Below, piece after piece: positions 38,211-47,734 of a stretch of DNA of 64,000 nucleotides. Origin of the DNA: Pseudomonadota bacterium (GTDB lineage: Bacteria; Bdellovibrionota_C; UBA2361; OMII01). The position numbers and the translations under genes were made by a program. The notes under the pieces were generated by a model. That model did not search any database, had not been told where the DNA came from, and saw only the letters and a program-made list of their open reading frames with translations. The number at the start of each line of letters is the position of its first letter. Positions within the stretch are counted from its first letter, which is position 1. The stretch is from assembly GCA_038134595.1 (NCBI GenBank), contig JAYPVM010000002.1, positions 168,565-232,564 on the forward strand, in the 5' to 3' direction.

Positions 38211-39666
38211 CAGCGGGTCCTGTGGAAGATACCGCATGTTTTAGCCACGCTTCGTATTGAGCTGGAATAAAATGATTTTCGTTCCATCGACCGAGGAGCT
38301 CTGTGAGATCGGGAAGAGTTGCGTCTAACAAGTCGTTTAATGTTGCTGCGTCACCCGGGTTGGGGGTTATCAGCGAAGGGGAGGTGCGTACGATATGCTG
38401 TAGGCACGCTCGAACTTCTTCAAAGGTACCAACGCACTCAAAAGGCTTGTGTTCTCCCGCGCCTGCTAAAGCCCTTAGGGTCTCTGGAAAGCTCTCCCTT
38501 GAGGATGGTAGTGTTCCAAATATGTCGATTAATTGATTTTCATTTAAAAAACATGCAAGGCAAAGAAATGTAAAGATACACTTTGGGCAGTGTCCGCACC
38601 ACGCGGCCTTTGGGTTCTCACCTGCTGATTTTACTCGCTCTTTGGCGGCCAAAGTTTGCGTGGTGTTGCAACTTTGAAAAATGGAGAGGTAGTCAGGGGT
38701 TGCGCAGAATAAGTTGCAGATCTGAAGTTCATTTAGGGGGCGTAGTAAGCTCGAATATGAGACGGGCACAGACAGTGCTTCCACAGTAGAGCGGAAGCTG
38801 GATTCAAATTCAAAGCTCTTAGAGTATTGATGATTTACATGCACGCCGCGAAAAAGGATGTTGCCTTCATTCGCGCTGGACTCATTAGAGGAAAAAACAT
38901 GGGAGATTCCATTCATATAAGCGGTCAAGGTGCTCGCAAACGCGACAAGCGCAGAGAACGGAGTATGACCATTTAAATAGCCCTGGGTGTTAAGGTGCAA
39001 AAGCTGAGGATCTATTTTGCGAGAGGCGACAAGAAACGAGTCGCAACCTGCTTGCTGCGTGGCAGCGATAGATGCGGAGATCGGATTTATAGAAAATGCG
39101 TGTAAGGGCACCCCGTGGTTATCTCTGTAGGCTCTTAGGAGTTCAAGAGAAACGATCGAATCCTTTCCACCGCCTACGAGAACCATTGAGGCGGCTTGTG
39201 TTGTTGGAGCTGTTGGGTGTGCAGCTGCTGGGAATGCGCCTGTGTCCTTATTGCACGCTGAAGCATCGACAGCGCAGTGAAGAGTGACATCTATGTTTGG
39301 ATCAATGTTGTTTAGAAAGAAAAATTCCCCAAGACCATCTCGAAGTAGTTGCAACCAAAAGAGGTGCTCCTTTTCAGGAAGTACATTGGCCTTGATAACT
39401 ATTTTTTCCGGACAGCATGTCTTCCAATACGAGAGTAGTTCGACGAGCCCCAATCGAAAAGCGAGGGCGTGAACGTTGCCATCGATGGTAGGAGTTTGGG
39501 CCGGAAGGCTAATTGTGGGTGTAAATAGGGGACCTCCTTCAAGTTGAAATTCGAACTGGATCCTTAACTCAGTCGGTGTTGGTGTTAGGCAATAGCTCCT
39601 GTAGGTGATGGACGGGTGGCGGTGTCGGAGGATTTCTAGCTTGGATTTTCTCGGGGATGATCTCAT
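38203..39666 (-). CDS. murL: UDP-MurNAc-L-Ala-L-Glu epimerase (MurL family)
   Basis: SYWK, VGGGKDS, LNGHTP, SNESSANE, NHQYSKSFEFE, SLLRPLNE, FQSCN, WCGHCPKC, HKPFECVG; adjacent to a murD-family gene. Confidence 0.85.
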   Translation of the reverse strand: MRSSPRKSKLEILRHRHPSITYRSYCLTPTPTELRIQFEFQLEGGPLFTPTISLPAQTPTIDGNVHALAFRLGLVELLSYWKTCCPEKIVIKANVLPEKEHLFWLQLLRDGLGEFFFLNNIDPNIDVTLHCAVDASACNKDTGAFPAAAHPTAPTTQAASMVLVGGGKDSIVSLELLRAYRDNHGVPLHAFSINPISASIAATQQAGCDSFLVASRKIDPQLLHLNTQGYLNGHTPFSALVAFASTLTAYMNGISHVFSSNESSANEGNILFRGVHVNHQYSKSFEFESSFRSTVEALSVPVSYSSLLRPLNELQICNLFCATPDYLSIFQSCNTTQTLAAKERVKSAGENPKAAWCGHCPKCIFTFLCLACFLNENQLIDIFGTLPSSRESFPETLRALAGAGEHKPFECVGTFEEVRACLQHIVRTSPSLITPNPGDAATLNDLLDATLPDLTELLGRWNENHFIPAQYEAWLKHAVSSTGPADA

Positions 39667-40382
39667 AGTCGAACGCTTTTGGTACCGGTAACTTCTGTGC
39701 AAGTGCCGACTCTAATGGGGCCATGACTACTTGCGAAAGTACTATCTAAAACTACCTTAGGCGATAGGGTCTTATACAGAAAAGGTTAAAAAAATCTTTA
39801 CTGTTCCGGCCCCAAAAAATTTCTAGGTGTTATCGTCTAGAGCCATGAAAACCGCAGTCACGCTAGTTTCGAGTCTTTTCTCTGAAACCGTTAAAGACCT
39901 TATGGAGTTGTGAAGGCCAATTATCGGCTATTTAACTCCCAAATAAGGTTAGCCTTGGTAGTTTTCTCTGAGGCTCTCCTGTTACTACCTTATTTCAAGT
40001 TTTTCTACCAGTTGGTACCTATAGCTATTAATTGGGCGCGTGTTGTGCAGCTTCGCTGGGCGCTGATTCGGGAAGCTTGAAAATTCAGGTCACAAGAGTA
40101 AGTAGTAGTAATTTCTGGTATATTCCTCTGCCAAATCTGCGGGCTCTAAAGCTAGCGAGCTCACGAGCATGGCGAGAGTTGAAAATCTATGTATTGGTAT
40201 TCTCCCAGGTTTTTAAAGTTTGCTGTTAGGGCACGACCTATACATGACCAACAGTCTGTTGGAAGCTTGTCGGAGTGCGCTTGTGGTTTCGGGGTGGCGC
40301 AGTAGGTTATTAAAATAGTACAGTTTTGTTGAAGATAAATGGGCTGCTGCCCACATGATTTGGATGGGTTTCGTGAGGAAGT

Positions 40383-41204
40383 ATGTTTCGAAATGATATT
40401 AAGCGACGGTTGGCTAGCGGTTCGCTTCTTTTGTGTTTAGCGATTATTGTCAGTGGAACGAAGGCGTGTCAGCGTGATTATGACTTTGCAGGTCAAGTTA
40501 GCGTGACGCCTAATGCAACAACAGATCCCGATTCAGCTGCCGAGACCCCTACGGACACTCCCACAGAGACTCCTACAGAAACCCCAGCAGACTCGACAGT
40601 CGATGAGACTCCGACGCCTGATGTATCTATCCCAGAATCTGACACGGGTTCGTCAGACGAGGGGATTTTCACCGAGCTCTCAGCGTTAAGTCGACGGTCT
40701 GATGCAGCGGCTGTGGCAAATAGCGCGGTACAAGTTAGAGATAGTAACAATTGGCTTGGAGAGACGTTCTCAAGAGATACAGAGGACAATTGGATGGATG
40801 CAGATAATGATGGCTACAGTGACGAGCTTGAAGGACTAAGGAAATCGGATGCTCATGATGCTTCTAGTGTTCCCGAGGATTCTACGACGTCTAAGCTAGA
40901 ACAGCGAATTGCAGAGCTTGATCTATCACTTGAGGATCTTTCGAATGCTCGTGCCGAGAGTGTATTTCCCGTAGGCACGAAAGGAAATTCAGGTGTTGAC
41001 ACCGACGGCGATGGAGTTTCCGACGAGATAGAGCAGCGAATGGGTATGAATGCGTCATCGATGGACACTGATAGCGACGGGTTGCGAGATGATAGAGAGT
41101 TGGTTCTAGGGAGTAATCCGTTTTTTCCTGATACTGACCATGATGGGATATCGGATGTTCAAGAAGTGCTCGTAGGTAGTGATCCTACAATACCGGATAG
41201 ATAA
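40383..41204 (+). CDS. Probable lipoprotein with short Pro/Thr linker and acidic DxDxDG Ca2+-binding (TSP3-like) repeats
   Basis: Leader ending GTKA|C (atypical lipobox); [48 protein letters not shown]. Confidence 0.78.
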   Translation: MFRNDIKRRLASGSLLLCLAIIVSGTKACQRDYDFAGQVSVTPNATTDPDSAAETPTDTPTETPTETPADSTVDETPTPDVSIPESDTGSSDEGIFTELSALSRRSDAAAVANSAVQVRDSNNWLGETFSRDTEDNWMDADNDGYSDELEGLRKSDAHDASSVPEDSTTSKLEQRIAELDLSLEDLSNARAESVFPVGTKGNSGVDTDGDGVSDEIEQRMGMNASSMDTDSDGLRDDRELVLGSNPFFPDTDHDGISDVQEVLVGSDPTIPDR

Positions 41205-41268
41205 TATTAGGACGGTTGGTGCCGGAATTACCGTTTGTTAGCGACCATTTTTTCTGTGGGGTATTAAA

Positions 41269-42567
41269 GTGGAGAGCATACGAGAAAGGTCAGAGCAGTT
41301 GTTTTGTCGAGCTAAGGAAATTTTCCCCGGTGGGGTCAATTCACCTGTTCGGGCATTTGGATCGGTTGCACGCACTCCGTTTTACGTTTCACATGCGCAA
41401 GGGCCGTATATGTGGGATGAGGATGGGAACCGGTATGTTGACTTTGTTAACAGTTGGGGGCCACTTGTTCTGGGGCACGCAGCTCCTAGCGTTGTGGAGG
41501 CGATTTCAAGACAGGCAAAGATTGGTACTTCGTATGGAGCCTGTCATAAGCTTGAGATTGAACTCGCAGAGATTATTCAAGGGTACTTGCCGTCTCTTGA
41601 GATGATTCGGTTTGTTAATTCGGGAACCGAGGCAGGGATGGCGGTAATTCGATTGGCTCGGGGTTTTACGAAGCGGTCAAAGATTGTGAAATTTCAGGGC
41701 TGCTACCACGGACACGCTGACATGTTGTTGGCGAAAGCGGGTTCTGGAGTGCTTACCTTTGGTATTCCAGGGTGTGATGGAGTGCCAGAGGCAGCAGTGT
41801 CCGATACACTTATTGCACAGTATAACGATCTTGATTCGGTTGAAGCACTCTTTGGCGAACATGGATCGGAAATTGCGTGTGTTATTGTTGAGCCTGTCGT
41901 TGGGAATTGCGGGCTTATCGTCCCTCAAGACGGCTTCCTCCGAGGGCTGCGAGAGATCGCTGATCGATTTGGTGCTTTGCTGATATTTGATGAGGTGATG
42001 ACCGGTTTTAGAGTAGATATGCGCGGAGCACAGGGTTTGTTTGGAGTGACTCCCGACTTGACCATGCTGGGAAAAGTTATAGGCGGAGGTTTGCCGGTCG
42101 GTGCTTTTGGTGGCAGGAGAGAGATAATGGAGCTGTTAGCGCCGATTGGGGGCGTGTATCAAGCTGGCACTCTTTCAGGGAACCCGCTTGCCATGGCGGC
42201 CGGTGCGGCTGCTCTTCGAGAGTGGGGTGCTGGAGATAAATTTGAACAGACGAGTCTGGCCACGAAGAAGCTCGTTGACTCAGTGAGGGAGCTGGCTGGT
42301 AGATTTTCTCATCTCGTTCAGACCACGCACGTGGGTACGATGTTTGGGTTCTTTTTCTCGCCCGAGCCTGTTTATTCATTTGAAGATACGCTCAAGGTCG
42401 ATAAAGATAAATTTTCTAGCTTTTTTTCTATTATGCTAGATCGGGGGGTGTATTTTGCGCCGTCGGCGTTCGAAGCCGGGTTCGTGTCGAATGCCCATGT
42501 GGGGGATCCGATGTCCTTTGCGTTGTCACAAATTGAGGAAGGTCTTAAAGAGTTGGTCCAAGCTTAG
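41269..42567 (+). CDS. hemL: Glutamate-1-semialdehyde 2,1-aminomutase
   Basis: PGGVNSPVRAF, RFVNSGTEA, GCYHGH, FDEVMTGFR, GKVIGGGLPVG, YQAGTLSGNP. Confidence 0.97.
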   Translation: MESIRERSEQLFCRAKEIFPGGVNSPVRAFGSVARTPFYVSHAQGPYMWDEDGNRYVDFVNSWGPLVLGHAAPSVVEAISRQAKIGTSYGACHKLEIELAEIIQGYLPSLEMIRFVNSGTEAGMAVIRLARGFTKRSKIVKFQGCYHGHADMLLAKAGSGVLTFGIPGCDGVPEAAVSDTLIAQYNDLDSVEALFGEHGSEIACVIVEPVVGNCGLIVPQDGFLRGLREIADRFGALLIFDEVMTGFRVDMRGAQGLFGVTPDLTMLGKVIGGGLPVGAFGGRREIMELLAPIGGVYQAGTLSGNPLAMAAGAAALREWGAGDKFEQTSLATKKLVDSVRELAGRFSHLVQTTHVGTMFGFFFSPEPVYSFEDTLKVDKDKFSSFFSIMLDRGVYFAPSAFEAGFVSNAHVGDPMSFALSQIEEGLKELVQA

Positions 42568-42569
42568 CT

Positions 42570-43256
42570 TTAGGATTGTAGGAAGCCATTGAAAAAAGAG
42601 ACGATTTGGGGCGTCAGCCCGGGATATATCATCTCTGTGATATAAAGCGAGATGATAAAGGACCCAAGTAGTAACGGAAGCGTGAGAATTCCCAAGAAAA
42701 ATCCAAGTAGCTTTGTTAGGTTTAAAATAACAGCCAAGCCGCACGAGACTGAATAAAGACTCACGAGGGCCCCTAGCCTAATCGCAAACGGAAACAGCAT
42801 AACTAGGTAGTCAGAGGATCTTGCGTAGCCTGTCATGATAAAAGTCAGGAGTGTTAACTCTCCTTGGAGCCCTTTGTTTAAGCCGTAGAGGATCGCCATA
42901 ACAGTTGTAAGCGGTGCGAGTGCATAGATGATCAGACTGAAGACTTGAAGTGTATTCGCGCTCGAATGGAGTAGTTTTACAGATGTAGCGAGCAATATAG
43001 AGGTAAGTATTATCGTTAGTAATGAGGTGAATAATATTCCCTTTACAAGTGTGAGGTGTTGAGAGCTTTCGAGGGCATCGGGTGCCGTCATTAGTGGAGG
43101 GAGGAGGCAGATTAACATGAAGAGACAGGTCGTAGGAAGGATGTAGGGCGGGATGCCATGGACATGAAACGCCCGAGTTAAGACCCCACGCGGATCGACG
43201 AAGAGGGTTAAGAAAACATCAAGCAGCGATAGTGCTTTTCTCTGTGATTGGGCCAT
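42570..43256 (-). CDS. Multi-pass membrane protein (Yip1-like topology)
   Basis: LFVDP near N-terminus, ~5 TM helices, YALAP motif. Confidence 0.65.
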   Translation of the reverse strand: MAQSQRKALSLLDVFLTLFVDPRGVLTRAFHVHGIPPYILPTTCLFMLICLLPPLMTAPDALESSQHLTLVKGILFTSLLTIILTSILLATSVKLLHSSANTLQVFSLIIYALAPLTTVMAILYGLNKGLQGELTLLTFIMTGYARSSDYLVMLFPFAIRLGALVSLYSVSCGLAVILNLTKLLGFFLGILTLPLLLGSFIISLYITEMIYPGLTPQIVSFFNGFLQS

Positions 43257-43698
43257 GCGAGGGTGCCTGTATATAAGTAGAAATTGCTTCGGTTATAAAA
43301 CGGATGACCGAGTGCGCAAAGAGGGTTTATTGTGTTTTATATTTGAAGGGGTGCTTTACAGCGAACTCTTCGACTTTATAAGCGAGAAGGGGGTAATTTT
43401 TGCAGCTAGCGTAGATCGTCCATTTTTTGTTGTTGAGGATAAGGCGTGGTTCTGGCCAAAAAGGATGTAGTTTGCTCGAGGTGCTAGTCTGCCAGCCCGG
43501 GAGATTGGGGGAAACGCTTTGATCTTGCTGGGTTTTTGAAAGTTGTGAGTTGGCGCCGGCCCAGATTGAAGAAGGGGCCGTATCGGTCGTGGTGTAACAG
43601 GTACTGTCGTGTTGTTGGGTCCGTGAGGAGCAAGGTTGATTAGGGATGATGAAGATTTGGTAGCACATAGAAGATAAGGAAACTTTACGAGAGACCCG

Positions 43699-43727
43699 TT
43701 GCAATTGACGGCCTGCTCTGATAACCT
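43699..43727 (+). promoter_or_regulatory. Putative sigma70 promoter of tRNA-Gly
   Basis: TTGCAA-N17-TAACCT with extended -10 TG, about 30 nt upstream of the tRNA. Confidence 0.55.
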
Positions 43728-43758
43728 CTCCAACGTTCGCTTAACGGTGAATTAGTGG

Positions 43759-43834
43759 GCGGGAGTAGCTCAGTTGGTAGAGCATCAGCCTTCCAAGCTG
43801 AGGGTCGCGGGTTCGAACCTCGTCTCCCGCTCCA
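43759..43834 (+). tRNA. tRNA-Gly (anticodon TCC)
   Basis: GCGGGAG/CTCCCGC acceptor stem, D-arm GCTCAGTTGGTAGAGC, anticodon arm TCAGC-CTTCCAA-GCTGA, GGTTCGAA T-loop, encoded CCA. Confidence 0.98.
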
Positions 43835-44366
43835 TTTTTTAATTCTACTAGAGTTTCAATTCCAGCAAAGTTCGACATCAGTTCGGCTTGGCCTTGTTTG
43901 CTAACCGACTGGGTTTGTCTGTAATCGACTGGCCCATTTCTTGCTGATCTCTCATTAATTCGCCCTACTGAAATCAATTTTCTTTCCTGATATTGTTGGG
44001 TCTCGTGTTTGTAAGATTTGGATGTAATTGGTCGTAATGTTGCTCGCGCTTTAATCCATTTATATTTATTGAGACTGCGCACGTTTTTTCTTAAGTCGGC
44101 AGCTGGGCTTTTTAAATGCAGCAGAGCCTTGTTGTGCGTTCGGTCTGATTGGTTTTTCTACCAGGGCTTTTAACGCCTGAGTGCCCTTGTCCGGTGCTCC
44201 AGTGATTTGAATGGCTAGGGGCTTCAGTATCGCCGAAAACATTTAATGATTACTGTTTTCTCCCTAAGATTGTATAATCAAAGCGTTGTCTACTGAAGTA
44301 GCCTGGTGCGAGATTTGCGGATCACTGTAGTTACGGCACCATATTAAAATATGTAAGGAGAGGCAG

Positions 44367-45884
44367 ATGGCAGGAGAGGAAGACGGGAATGCTCAAAATG
44401 GTACTTTGTATTCTGCATGGGGCAAACAAGGCTATGTTGGTCAAAATGGTCGAAAGCTAAGGAGCGTCTCCCCGATCGATGGACAGGTAGTTGGGGAGTT
44501 ATTGGTCGCAAGTGATGAGTGTTATGAGGCTGTAATTGAAGATGCCCAGGAGGTTTTTAAAGAGTGGAGAAAGGTGCCTGCCCCGGAGCGTGGAAAGATA
44601 GTTCGCGAGATAGGCAATGGGTTTAGAGATTCCAAGGCTCAATTGGGAGAGCTCGTTAGCCGAGAGGTTGGAAAAATTCGAGCGGAAGGTGAGGGCGAGA
44701 TTCAGGAGGCGATAGATATTGCCGACTTCTCCGTGGGGCTCTCGCGACAGCTCTATGGCTTGGTTATTCAGAGTGAGCGTTTAGACCACCGCATGATAGA
44801 GCAGTGGCATCCGCTGGGTCCTGTGGGTGTTATATCTGCATTTAACTTTCCTGTAGCTGTTTGGGCGTGGAATGCGATGGTTGCCGCGGTCTGTGGGGAT
44901 GTTGTTATTTGGAAGCCCTCAAACTTAGCACCTATTTGCGCGGTTACAGCAAATGAGATTGCGCGTTCAGTCGCAAAGCAATATGGATTTGAGGGGGTAT
45001 TTTCGCTTCTCATAGATGATGGCGATACGTTAGGTAAACGATTGGCTGCTGACCCTCGTATTCCACTTGTTTCAGCCACCGGATCTTGTGAGATGGGTCG
45101 TTCGGTGTCGGAGGTGGTTGGTCGTCGTCTCGGAAGGAGTATCCTTGAGCTGGGCGGAAATAATGCAGTCACCATTTTGGCTGATGCGGACATGGACTTA
45201 GCGATAGCAGGGGTCTTGTTTGGTGCAGTCGGAACGGCTGGACAGCGTTGTACCAGTATTCGTAGGGTGTTGGTGCATCGAAGTGTCCAGGATGAGTTTA
45301 CGTCACGACTAAAGAAGACCTACCAGCAAGTATCGATAGGAGATCCGCTGGTCGAGGGGGTCTTGATGGGTCCGCTTATTAATCAGAGAGCGGTAGAGTC
45401 ATACGAATTGGCGATTAAGACAGCGATAAGTCAAGGCGGTCAGGTGTTGTATGGAGGGTCGGTTTTGCAAGATATGCCTTCGGGTAATTTTGTTGAACCC
45501 ACAATTATCCTAGCTTCCCGTGATATGCCGATTGTTCAGGAGGAGACATTTGCTCCGATAGTTTTCGTCATACCGATTGATACGTTAGAGGAGGCAATTT
45601 CTATCAACAATGAGGTCAGGCAAGGGTTGAGCTCCGCTTTGTTTACGAGAGATATGCGCTCGGTTGAGCAGTTTTTAGCGTCCGTTGGGAGTGATTGCGG
45701 AATCGCCAATGTGAATATGGGTACTTCGGGTGCTGAAATAGGTGGAGCGTTTGGCGGTGAAAAAGACACTGGGGGTGGTAGGGAGTCGGGAACCGATTCC
45801 TGGAAGCAGTACATGCGTCGACAAACCTGCTCGATAAATTACGGGAATAAAATGCCATTAGCGCAGGGTATAAAGTTTTCTTAG
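44367..45884 (+). CDS. Aldehyde dehydrogenase family 7 (piperideine-6-carboxylate / alpha-aminoadipic semialdehyde dehydrogenase-like)
   Basis: VGLSRQLYG, EQWHPLG, AFNFPVAVWAWN, LELGGNNA, GTAGQRCT, SDCGIANVN, GAEIGGAFGGEK, ESGTDSWKQYMRRQT. Confidence 0.92.
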   Translation: MAGEEDGNAQNGTLYSAWGKQGYVGQNGRKLRSVSPIDGQVVGELLVASDECYEAVIEDAQEVFKEWRKVPAPERGKIVREIGNGFRDSKAQLGELVSREVGKIRAEGEGEIQEAIDIADFSVGLSRQLYGLVIQSERLDHRMIEQWHPLGPVGVISAFNFPVAVWAWNAMVAAVCGDVVIWKPSNLAPICAVTANEIARSVAKQYGFEGVFSLLIDDGDTLGKRLAADPRIPLVSATGSCEMGRSVSEVVGRRLGRSILELGGNNAVTILADADMDLAIAGVLFGAVGTAGQRCTSIRRVLVHRSVQDEFTSRLKKTYQQVSIGDPLVEGVLMGPLINQRAVESYELAIKTAISQGGQVLYGGSVLQDMPSGNFVEPTIILASRDMPIVQEETFAPIVFVIPIDTLEEAISINNEVRQGLSSALFTRDMRSVEQFLASVGSDCGIANVNMGTSGAEIGGAFGGEKDTGGGRESGTDSWKQYMRRQTCSINYGNKMPLAQGIKFS

Positions 45885-46008
45885 TATGGTGTGGCGCTAA
45901 TTGTTTCCGGCGAAATGAGTGGCCGCGGCTGTCGGGTGGAGATAGCTGCGTAGGAGTATCTGGAGAGTATTTCTCAAGAGCGATTTCTTGTGATAATAAA
46001 GACTATAG

Positions 46009-46092
46009 GCCCTGATGCTGGAATTGGTAGACAGGCATGATTCAGGATCATGTGTCCTTTTGGGCGTGGAGGTTCAAGTCCTCTTCAGGGCA
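46009..46092 (+). tRNA. tRNA-Leu (anticodon CAG)
   Basis: GCCCTGA/TCAGGGC acceptor stem, GGAATTGGTAGAC D-loop, CATGA-TTCAGGA-TCATG anticodon arm, long variable arm, GGTTCAAGTCC; CCA not encoded. Confidence 0.95.
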
Positions 46093-46420
46093 GAGTGGGT
46101 CCCTTCGTTTTTGCGAATCGGAGGAATCATTAATGGATGGAAGGTTAGTTGTGGAGCCCCAATATCCACATGGGGGCGACTAATGTTCTGTTTCTGAAAT
46201 TGCAGGGAGCAGGACCACGAGATTTCAGCTGGTTATCTAGCTGAAAAGGTTGGTGCTTCATGGCTTTCCGGTGAAGTAAATATTGTGTAGGCTATGAGAT
46301 ATGGCGACCCCGGTTTGGGGCCGCGGCGGTTAGAAGCACTGGAACATGTTGTGCTCGCTTTGTTGTTAAAATGTCTCGGCGGCGGAAACGGCAGGCCGAT
46401 GCGGCTTTATTAGGATTGTC

Positions 46421-46567
46421 ATGAGAGGTATTTGTCTTTCACATTTGATTATTGTATCTATCTGCATTTGCTCAATATTACTTACCGGATGCGACAGGCG
46501 ACCGAAAGAGTATGCGGGAATCGCCGACACGACGTCGAGTGAGGAAATAGATCCACATTCCTACTAA
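46421..46567 (+). CDS. Small (48 aa) lipoprotein, absent from the ORF track
   Basis: MRGICLSHLIIVSICICSILLTGCDRRPKEYAGIADTTSSEEIDPHSY*; LTG|C lipobox, AGGA RBS. Confidence 0.65.
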   Translation: MRGICLSHLIIVSICICSILLTGCDRRPKEYAGIADTTSSEEIDPHSY

Positions 46568-46654
46568 GCTTTACATGAATCACCTAAGTTTCTACTCGAC
46601 CGCATTGTTATAGTGATTCTTGATTCCTAAACGGATACACTGAATAAGAGAGGT

Positions 46655-47734
46655 GTGGCTATGTCCAAATTGGTGCTAGATCAGTGCGGTGTTCGCGGTC
46701 ACGAACAAGTCTGTTATTTCAACTATCCGGATGTTGGCTTGCGGGCGATAGTTGGTATTCATGATACAACGCTTGGCCCAGCTCTCGGCGGCTGTCGTAT
46801 GCGGGTGTATTCGGACGAGAATGAGGCGTTGGATGATGTTCTTAGGCTCTCCGAAGGAATGACGTATAAAAGTGCACTAGCTGATTTGCCGCTAGGCGGT
46901 GGGAAATCGTGTCTTTTGGTTGATCCCCATCTTAAAGAGGGACGCCGTGAGTTGTTTCATAAATTTGGCGAATGTCTCAATGCCCTCGCTGGTCGGTACA
47001 TAACTGCCGAGGATATGGGGACCTCCGTTTCGGACATGATGTGGATTCGAGAGGTTTCTCAACACGTAGTGGGTACCGATACCAAGTCCGGTGGAGCAGG
47101 TGATCCATCGCCATGGACTGCGCTGGGTGTTTTTAATGCCATGAAAGCCGGTGTTGAATCAGCATTTCCTACGACCCCAGATATAAGAGGTAAGAGGATT
47201 TCTATTCAAGGGGTGGGTCATGTCGGAATGTATCTTGTAGGGCACTTGCATAGTGCTGGTGCTATTGTGACTGTTACCGATACTAATGAGGATCATGTTG
47301 CATTGGCGCGCAATCGATTCGGCGTAGAGGTGGTCGAACCAGAAGCGATCTATGCTGTTCCTTGTGATGTTTTCGCCCCTTGTGCGGTTGGTCAAACCGT
47401 CAATGAGGCCACGCTTCAATTACTCTCGTGTAAGGTGATCGCGGGTGCGGCTAACAATCAACTACCGGATGCTAGCGTCTATAATCTTTTGAGGGAAAAG
47501 CGGATAATATACTGTCCGGATTTTGTGATTAATTCAGGTGGAGTCATCTGCGTGTGTGCCGAGGCGATTGGTAAGCTTCCGTCTCCTAACTGGGTTGAGG
47601 AGAAAGTGGAGGCAATCTATACAACGACAGCAAGGATTCTGTCGCGGGCCGAAAAGGAGGATCGAAATACGGAAGAGGTGGCAATAGAGCTCGCCAAGGC
47701 AAAGATTAGCAGTTGTAAGCGTGGCGAGTTGTGA
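46655..47734 (+). CDS. Leu/Phe/Val dehydrogenase (Glu/Leu/Phe/Val dehydrogenase family)
   Basis: [69 protein letters not shown]. Confidence 0.93.
   Translation: MAMSKLVLDQCGVRGHEQVCYFNYPDVGLRAIVGIHDTTLGPALGGCRMRVYSDENEALDDVLRLSEGMTYKSALADLPLGGGKSCLLVDPHLKEGRRELFHKFGECLNALAGRYITAEDMGTSVSDMMWIREVSQHVVGTDTKSGGAGDPSPWTALGVFNAMKAGVESAFPTTPDIRGKRISIQGVGHVGMYLVGHLHSAGAIVTVTDTNEDHVALARNRFGVEVVEPEAIYAVPCDVFAPCAVGQTVNEATLQLLSCKVIAGAANNQLPDASVYNLLREKRIIYCPDFVINSGGVICVCAEAIGKLPSPNWVEEKVEAIYTTTARILSRAEKEDRNTEEVAIELAKAKISSCKRGEL

Noticed and set aside
43255..43733. Three short overlapping ORFs between the Yip1-like gene and tRNA-Gly
   Set aside because: Mutually overlapping, no motifs or clear RBS, and they overlap the tRNA promoter region
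43759..46092. tRNA-Gly and tRNA-Leu as island attachment sites
   Set aside because: No integrase and no duplicated tRNA 3' ends seen in the window
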